Shown: one piece after another, positions 23,942 to 27,551 of the stretch
Layout of the letters: each line of letters begins with the position of its first letter
How positions within the stretch are numbered: the first letter of the stretch is position 1
IMG/VR virus record: IMGVR_UViG_3300045988_032611
Location: 1 to 27,551 of that record
Source: a virus
Strand: one strand, 5' to 3'
DNA length: 27,551 nucleotides
The notes under the pieces: model-generated
What the model was told of the DNA's origin: nothing
Database searches by the model: none
What the model saw: only the letters and a program-made list of their open reading frames with translations
Translations under genes and position numbers: made by a program

Positions 23942-24253
23942 CTATCGTATCTCAACACGCCCGAGCGCATCGACAGTGTAGCGCTTCAGTCTCTTGCGGT
24001 GCATATCGCCGTGACACTGTCGGCACAAGAGCTCAAGGTTATCGAAGCTCAGCGATACCGTAGCGTCGTTAACGTTGATTGCATCGAGGTGCTTCTTGTG
24101 ATGCACTATCTCTCCCGGAACGATGCGTCCCTTCTTGAGGCAGTGTTCGCATAGTCCGCCGACAGACTTGGCGTAAGCATCTCTGCAGGCCTTCCACTGT
24201 TCAGTTTTGTAAAACCAATCAACGACCGCCATCTGTAGACCTGTCTTCATCAC
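23942..24253 (-). CDS. HNH endonuclease (packaging-associated type)
   Basis: CEHC...VHHKKHL...N...LCRQCH is an HNH zinc-finger motif. The gene lies directly upstream of TerL. Confidence 0.88.
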   Translation of the reverse strand: MMKTGLQMAVVDWFYKTEQWKACRDAYAKSVGGLCEHCLKKGRIVPGEIVHHKKHLDAINVNDATVSLSFDNLELLCRQCHGDMHRKRLKRYTVDALGRVEIR

Positions 24254-24332
24254 TAATTATTATTATCTCGTTCCAACCTTCGGAGCGTCACTCGTCATAT
24301 ATCCAATCTTTTCGCATATAAGTTTTATGGTG

Positions 24333-24893
24333 TTATAAATATTTGATGGTTAAATGCTTCGGTGTTTGGCAGTATGTTTCAAGGTCACTATCTGGCATGG
24401 CACTCCCACTCCCAACACTTACTGTAAGATTATCTGATGAAGAGACAATTATGCTTACGTGCCAGTCAGTGTCTGGTATATAACCCTCCAGAGGTGAATC
24501 AAGACTATATACTGTGGTCAATGATACTCCATCAAAAATAACTCTGTTTAAATAATTTTCTACATCAATCGGAGAACCCTCATATTTTCCAACAGTTAGG
24601 TCTGTCATTGATTGCGGGTTGCCTTCATGATATGTGAGTGTGATATCTTGGTCAAATAATATAGTCCAGTTCAATCCACCCCCACTCGGAGCCGCTTTTG
24701 CCCACTCACCACTTACGACAGTCAGCACATCACCATTGTCATCAGCAGTGACTTCTGGCAGTGATGAGCCGCCGCCGCTTTCTGCGACGTCCTCGATGAG
24801 GTCAACCATGTCGCTGATGGCAGTGATGTTCTCGATGTCGTCAGTGCCGCCAAGTTTTGCATAAAGTAATTTCAGTGCCTCTAATGTAACCAT
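24333..24893 (-). CDS. Hypothetical chimeric protein (186 aa): conserved N-module, Gly linker, AT-rich C-module
   Basis: LEALKLLYAKLGG...SSLPEVTADDNGDVLTVVSGEWAKAAPSGGG resembles N-termini seen next to fibre and lysis genes in Clostridia phages (from memory). Base composition drops after about 24674. Confidence 0.6.
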   Translation of the reverse strand: MVTLEALKLLYAKLGGTDDIENITAISDMVDLIEDVAESGGGSSLPEVTADDNGDVLTVVSGEWAKAAPSGGGLNWTILFDQDITLTYHEGNPQSMTDLTVGKYEGSPIDVENYLNRVIFDGVSLTTVYSLDSPLEGYIPDTDWHVSIIVSSSDNLTVSVGSGSAMPDSDLETYCQTPKHLTIKYL

Positions 24894-24905
24894 ACTAATT
24901 CCTCC

Positions 24906-25613
24906 TTATGGTCTTCCTGCCATGCGCCACATAATCGTGCAGAACTGTGCACGTGTGAGCGGCTGACTCGGACGGAACGTGCCGTCCTTGTATCCCTGCA
25001 CATATCCCTGTGATGCCATCCACTCGATAGCCCTGTATGCGGACATGTCCGGTGTGACATCAGTGAATGTCTTCAGCAGTTTGGTCACGTTGCTCGCTAT
25101 GTCTCTCATGCGTTCCTCCAGATACTGTCCCGGACATGATGTAGCTGCGAACCACTTGTGCAGTGTCATGTACATCACGTCTGGATCTGTGCCGTAGTGT
25201 GTTTCAAATTCGTCCCATGTCGGATACCAGAGCAGTTTGTTTTTGGAGTTCCTCTGGCAGATATCCGTGCACAGTGTGAGCAGTGACATGTACGCGATGT
25301 CGTTGACCGCATACGGATAGTAGTTGTCCGATGCCGTCTCAATGGTTATCGCGCGGTTGTCGTTCCATGACGATGAACTGCACCAACTGCGGTTAGCCTC
25401 GTCAACATACTGCCCGATGCGTCCGTCATATCCGATGCCGTAATTGCTCGATGCCTGACGTGACGGATTGGCGAAGACATCGCCCAAAGCCTCTACGGAA
25501 CACTGCCCGACCACCATATGGATGGTGATGATGTCGATAGCGTTCCTGCGCTGCCCGGAGTTGTTCGGCGACCACTTAACGTAGTCGACCAGACTGCTGT
25601 TACTCATCGTCAT
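24906..25613 (-). CDS. Endolysin: N-acetylmuramoyl-L-alanine amidase (Amidase_2/PGRP-like) plus a single C-terminal SLH domain
   Basis: IDIITIHMVVG...SSNYGIGYDGRIGQYV...ATSCPG indicates an amidase. FTDVTPDMSAYRAIEWMASQGYVQGYKDGTFRPSQPLTRAQF matches the SLH consensus. I place the start at ATG 25613. Confidence 0.85.
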   Translation of the reverse strand: MTMSNSSLVDYVKWSPNNSGQRRNAIDIITIHMVVGQCSVEALGDVFANPSRQASSNYGIGYDGRIGQYVDEANRSWCSSSSWNDNRAITIETASDNYYPYAVNDIAYMSLLTLCTDICQRNSKNKLLWYPTWDEFETHYGTDPDVMYMTLHKWFAATSCPGQYLEERMRDIASNVTKLLKTFTDVTPDMSAYRAIEWMASQGYVQGYKDGTFRPSQPLTRAQFCTIMWRMAGRP

Positions 25614-25672
25614 CGTCCCCTTTCCCATTGCACAGCTCCTGTGCGGTCTCATCGGTAGCGTCAGGTATCAGG

Positions 25673-25900
25673 TCAGTTAGTTTTTCCATCTTTGCCTCCT
25701 GCGTTGATCAGTGCATTCCATCCTGCTGATATGCCTGCTGCCAGTGCGCCTGCGATTATCGGCAGTGCCCAGACCCACCACTGCGTCCAGTCATAGTCCG
25801 TCACGTTCGACAGGACGAGCACTATCTGCGGAATCAGCACCCCGAAGAATGCCTGTACCGCTGTCTTGCCTGCTCTCTGCCACAGATCGTTGATTTTCAT
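25673..25900 (-). CDS. Holin (75 aa, two or more TM helices)
   Basis: MKINDLWQRAGKTAVQAFFGVLIPQIVLVLS...WWVWALPIIAGALAAGISAGWNALINA. It lies immediately upstream of the endolysin. Confidence 0.75.
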   Translation of the reverse strand: MKINDLWQRAGKTAVQAFFGVLIPQIVLVLSNVTDYDWTQWWVWALPIIAGALAAGISAGWNALINAGGKDGKTN

Positions 25901-25901
25901 A

Positions 25902-26261
25902 TCATTTATCCTTTCTGAACCATTTCGGCGTGACCACGTTCTTCTGCTCCAGCCAGCGTTCAAAGAGGCTTGACAGGTACCAGTTACCTTCGAGATCCGC
26001 GAAGTAATGCTCTGCGAGCTTCATGATCTCCGCGATCTCATCAGGATAATCTGCCAGCATCATGAGCAGCTGTGTCCGCAGTTCGTCCTTTTCGCTGACC
26101 GCCTGGTTCTTCTCGATCTTATCCAGACGGTTGTTCATGATTGCGAGCTGGTCAGACACTTCCCTGCGTCTTGCCTTGGAATTATTGATTAAATTGAAGA
26201 TGCCCGAAATGAGAGCACTGAGTGCTCCCGATCCGAGGATGGCCACGATAATGGTTTCCAT
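25902..26261 (-). CDS. N-terminally membrane-anchored coiled-coil protein (119 aa), possible lysis accessory factor
   Basis: TM helix METIIVAILGSGALSALISGIFNLI, then charged helices. Its stop is 1 nt from the holin start. Confidence 0.55.
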   Translation of the reverse strand: METIIVAILGSGALSALISGIFNLINNSKARRREVSDQLAIMNNRLDKIEKNQAVSEKDELRTQLLMMLADYPDEIAEIMKLAEHYFADLEGNWYLSSLFERWLEQKNVVTPKWFRKDK

Positions 26262-26293
26262 GTGTGTGTCCTTTCTGTTCTTTCAGCAGACAC

Positions 26294-26321
26294 AATAAAA
26301 GGAACCTCCGAAGAGATCCCT
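26294..26321 (-). terminator. Intrinsic terminator in the leader of the lysis/packaging operon
   Basis: The - strand reads GGGAUCUC-UUCG-GAGGUUCC followed by UUUUAUU. Confidence 0.6.
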
Positions 26322-26425
26322 TTATACTGCATCTGCCCGAAAGGAGAAGTAAAGCAAGAGTGGCTTTGTTGCCACCTCAACCCGGATACACTATATCACC
26401 ATAGCAGTTGAAGCGAGTTGAAAGT

Positions 26426-26881
26426 TTATCTTCGCCCAAACAATTCGTACAAAGATATTCCGTCCCTTGCGAGCCGTTCCTCCATCTTGCGTTTATGATC
26501 CCAGACAGCATCCTTGGAATAGCCGACCATCGCTCCGATGTACGTCGCAGGATCGCCTCGCAGATAGTACATGACGAAGATCCTGTCATCAGGGATGTGG
26601 CTTTCTTCAAGCTCCGCCCTTTTCTGGTCAAGCATCTCCTTGCGTTCCGCCTTGATGATCTTGACCACACGTATCTTCTGCTCGATAGCCTCATTCGCGA
26701 TGACGAAATCATCAAGCGGCGAATCATCGCTGACGGAATGTAGGACCTTAACGCTGTCGTAGCGGATCGCGCCTGGCTGAGTCCGCGTGAACAGCTCCAA
26801 CTGCCTGTCGTAAAGTTCATCCAGAGCCTTTTCGGTCTCGCGATATGATTGCATCAGGATACAATAATCAACGTATAGCAT
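26426..26881 (-). CDS. Sigma-70 region-4-like / DUF1492-ArpU-type late transcriptional regulator (putative)
   Basis: C-terminus IFVMYYLRGDPATYIGAMVGYSKDAVWDHKRKMEERLA resembles an r4 HTH. The gene is the last one before the late genes. Confidence 0.55.
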   Translation of the reverse strand: MLYVDYCILMQSYRETEKALDELYDRQLELFTRTQPGAIRYDSVKVLHSVSDDSPLDDFVIANEAIEQKIRVVKIIKAERKEMLDQKRAELEESHIPDDRIFVMYYLRGDPATYIGAMVGYSKDAVWDHKRKMEERLARDGISLYELFGRR

Positions 26882-27041
26882 CGCCTTCCTCTATCCACTC
26901 TGTGAGTTTATTAATGCATTCCGGGCAGAAGTGATACTCCTCCACGGTCACCTCATTCAGGTCATGTTTCTCCAGTGTCATGACGGTCATGGCGGCTCTG
27001 TAGACATGTTCGCCGCACTTATCGCAGATATACTTAACCAT
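26868..27041 (-). CDS. Small zinc-ribbon protein (57 aa), absent from the ORF track
   Basis: MVKYICDKCGEHVY...HFCPECINKL gives two CxxC pairs. Overlapping junctions on both sides. Confidence 0.55.
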   Translation of the reverse strand: MVKYICDKCGEHVYRAAMTVMTLEKHDLNEVTVEEYHFCPECINKLTEWIEEGDAIR

Positions 27042-27231
27042 TGTTCTTTCCCTTTCGTATAGCGATCAATTCTCCGATCTTCATCGTCTTGTATGTCGCA
27101 TGGTCAATCTTTGCTGCCGGGCACCCCCTGCAGTATCCGTCCCTACAGAACGTCATGCATATGGCACTTTTAAAAATGCTTGCCCACTCCACGTCAAAAT
27201 GGTTCGGTTTCGTCCTCTCATGCGTTGTCAT
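27034..27231 (-). CDS. Small Cys-rich protein (65 aa)
   Basis: CMTFCRDGYCRGCPAAK. ATGA overlap with the upstream gene. Confidence 0.5.
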   Translation of the reverse strand: MTTHERTKPNHFDVEWASIFKSAICMTFCRDGYCRGCPAAKIDHATYKTMKIGELIAIRKGKNNG

Positions 27232-27551
27232 GCTTCATCCCCCTTCCTGTATGGCTGTGGCAACGGCATCCATGCAATAACATCTGTCCGTTGTTCTGCA
27301 TCCACAATCCAGCAGGTTGCTCTATCTAAATACCAACCGAAGTCTGTATATCGAAATGGTGTATCCCCACGCTCATCGAGGATAGTCACAATCACCCAAT
27401 CGTCATTATCTGGCAATCTGTCCATTATCCACGGTTCTGCGGATGGCAGTTCCAACTCTTTCTCTGCGTGTCTCCAGACATCGGGATAGAAGTCATGGAT
27501 GTACTCTGCGATATTCAGCTTATGATGGTCATCTGGCTGTGCGGATGGCAA
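27228..27551 (-). CDS. 3' part of the DUF551-like modular gene. The complete gene is 27228-27432 joined to 1-206 on the circular map.
   Basis: C-terminus WIMDRLPDNDDWVIVTI...WY...VIAWMPLPQPY matches the DUF551 pattern (W..v.d.LP....vlv...V.hWMPLPePP). The ORF is open to the window edge. Confidence 0.75.
   Translation of the reverse strand: MPSAQPDDHHKLNIAEYIHDFYPDVWRHAEKELELPSAEPWIMDRLPDNDDWVIVTILDERGDTPFRYTDFGWYLDRATCWIVDAEQRTDVIAWMPLPQPYRKGDEA
27433..27551. repeat. Terminal redundancy, copy 2 (identical to 1-119)
   Basis: Direct comparison of the two ends. Confidence 0.97.

Noticed and set aside
24333-24893. The 186-aa ORF upstream of HNH as the missing small terminase
   Set aside because: No HTH or oligomerisation-helix pattern is visible. 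The N-terminus resembles fibre-associated proteins, and the C-terminus is a beta-rich, compositionally foreign module. It is kept only as an outside candidate.
26377-26820. 147-aa - strand ORF overlapping the late-regulator gene in another frame
   Set aside because: It has a Ser/Arg-rich low-complexity translation. The alternative frame has an r4-like HTH and proper overlapping junctions with its neighbours.

Overview
The window is a complete temperate siphovirus-type phage or prophage genome of about 27.4 kb. It closes into a circle: bases 1-119 are identical to 27433-27551, and a reading frame is restored across that junction. Only a cI-like repressor and a tyrosine integrase (6397-7654) lie on the + strand. 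Every other gene is on the - strand and tightly packed, with many ATGA or 8-nt overlaps. The - strand order runs from the cro-like gene (6257) down to 1, wraps to 27432, and continues down to 8084:
- early and recombination genes
- small accessory genes
- a sigma-r4-like late regulator
- lysis genes (membrane protein, holin, amidase-SLH endolysin)
- HNH endonuclease and TerL
- four small Ser/Thr/Gly-rich genes
- portal, GT8-like glycosyltransferase, prohead protease, HK97-type capsid protein, GT2-like glycosyltransferase
- connector genes, major tail protein, tail chaperone with a -1 frameshift site, tape measure, Dit and Tal
- a terminator and an attP-like repeat region

Observations most worth a second look:
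1. Two soluble glycosyltransferases sit inside the capsid-assembly operon, next to an unusual block of paralogous Ser/Thr/Gly-rich proteins between TerL and portal. Together they are a candidate virion glycosylation and decoration system.
2. An early gene carries 43 consecutive Gly-(Asn/Tyr/Asp) dipeptides, encoded by a 258-bp GGC-NAC hexanucleotide array with no synonymous variation.
3. A secreted lipoprotein with a 3D/DPBB-like C-terminus lies in the early operon.
4. The lysis cassette lies upstream of the packaging genes, behind a leader terminator.
5. No small terminase is recognisable.

All family assignments come from reading motifs by eye. No database search was run.
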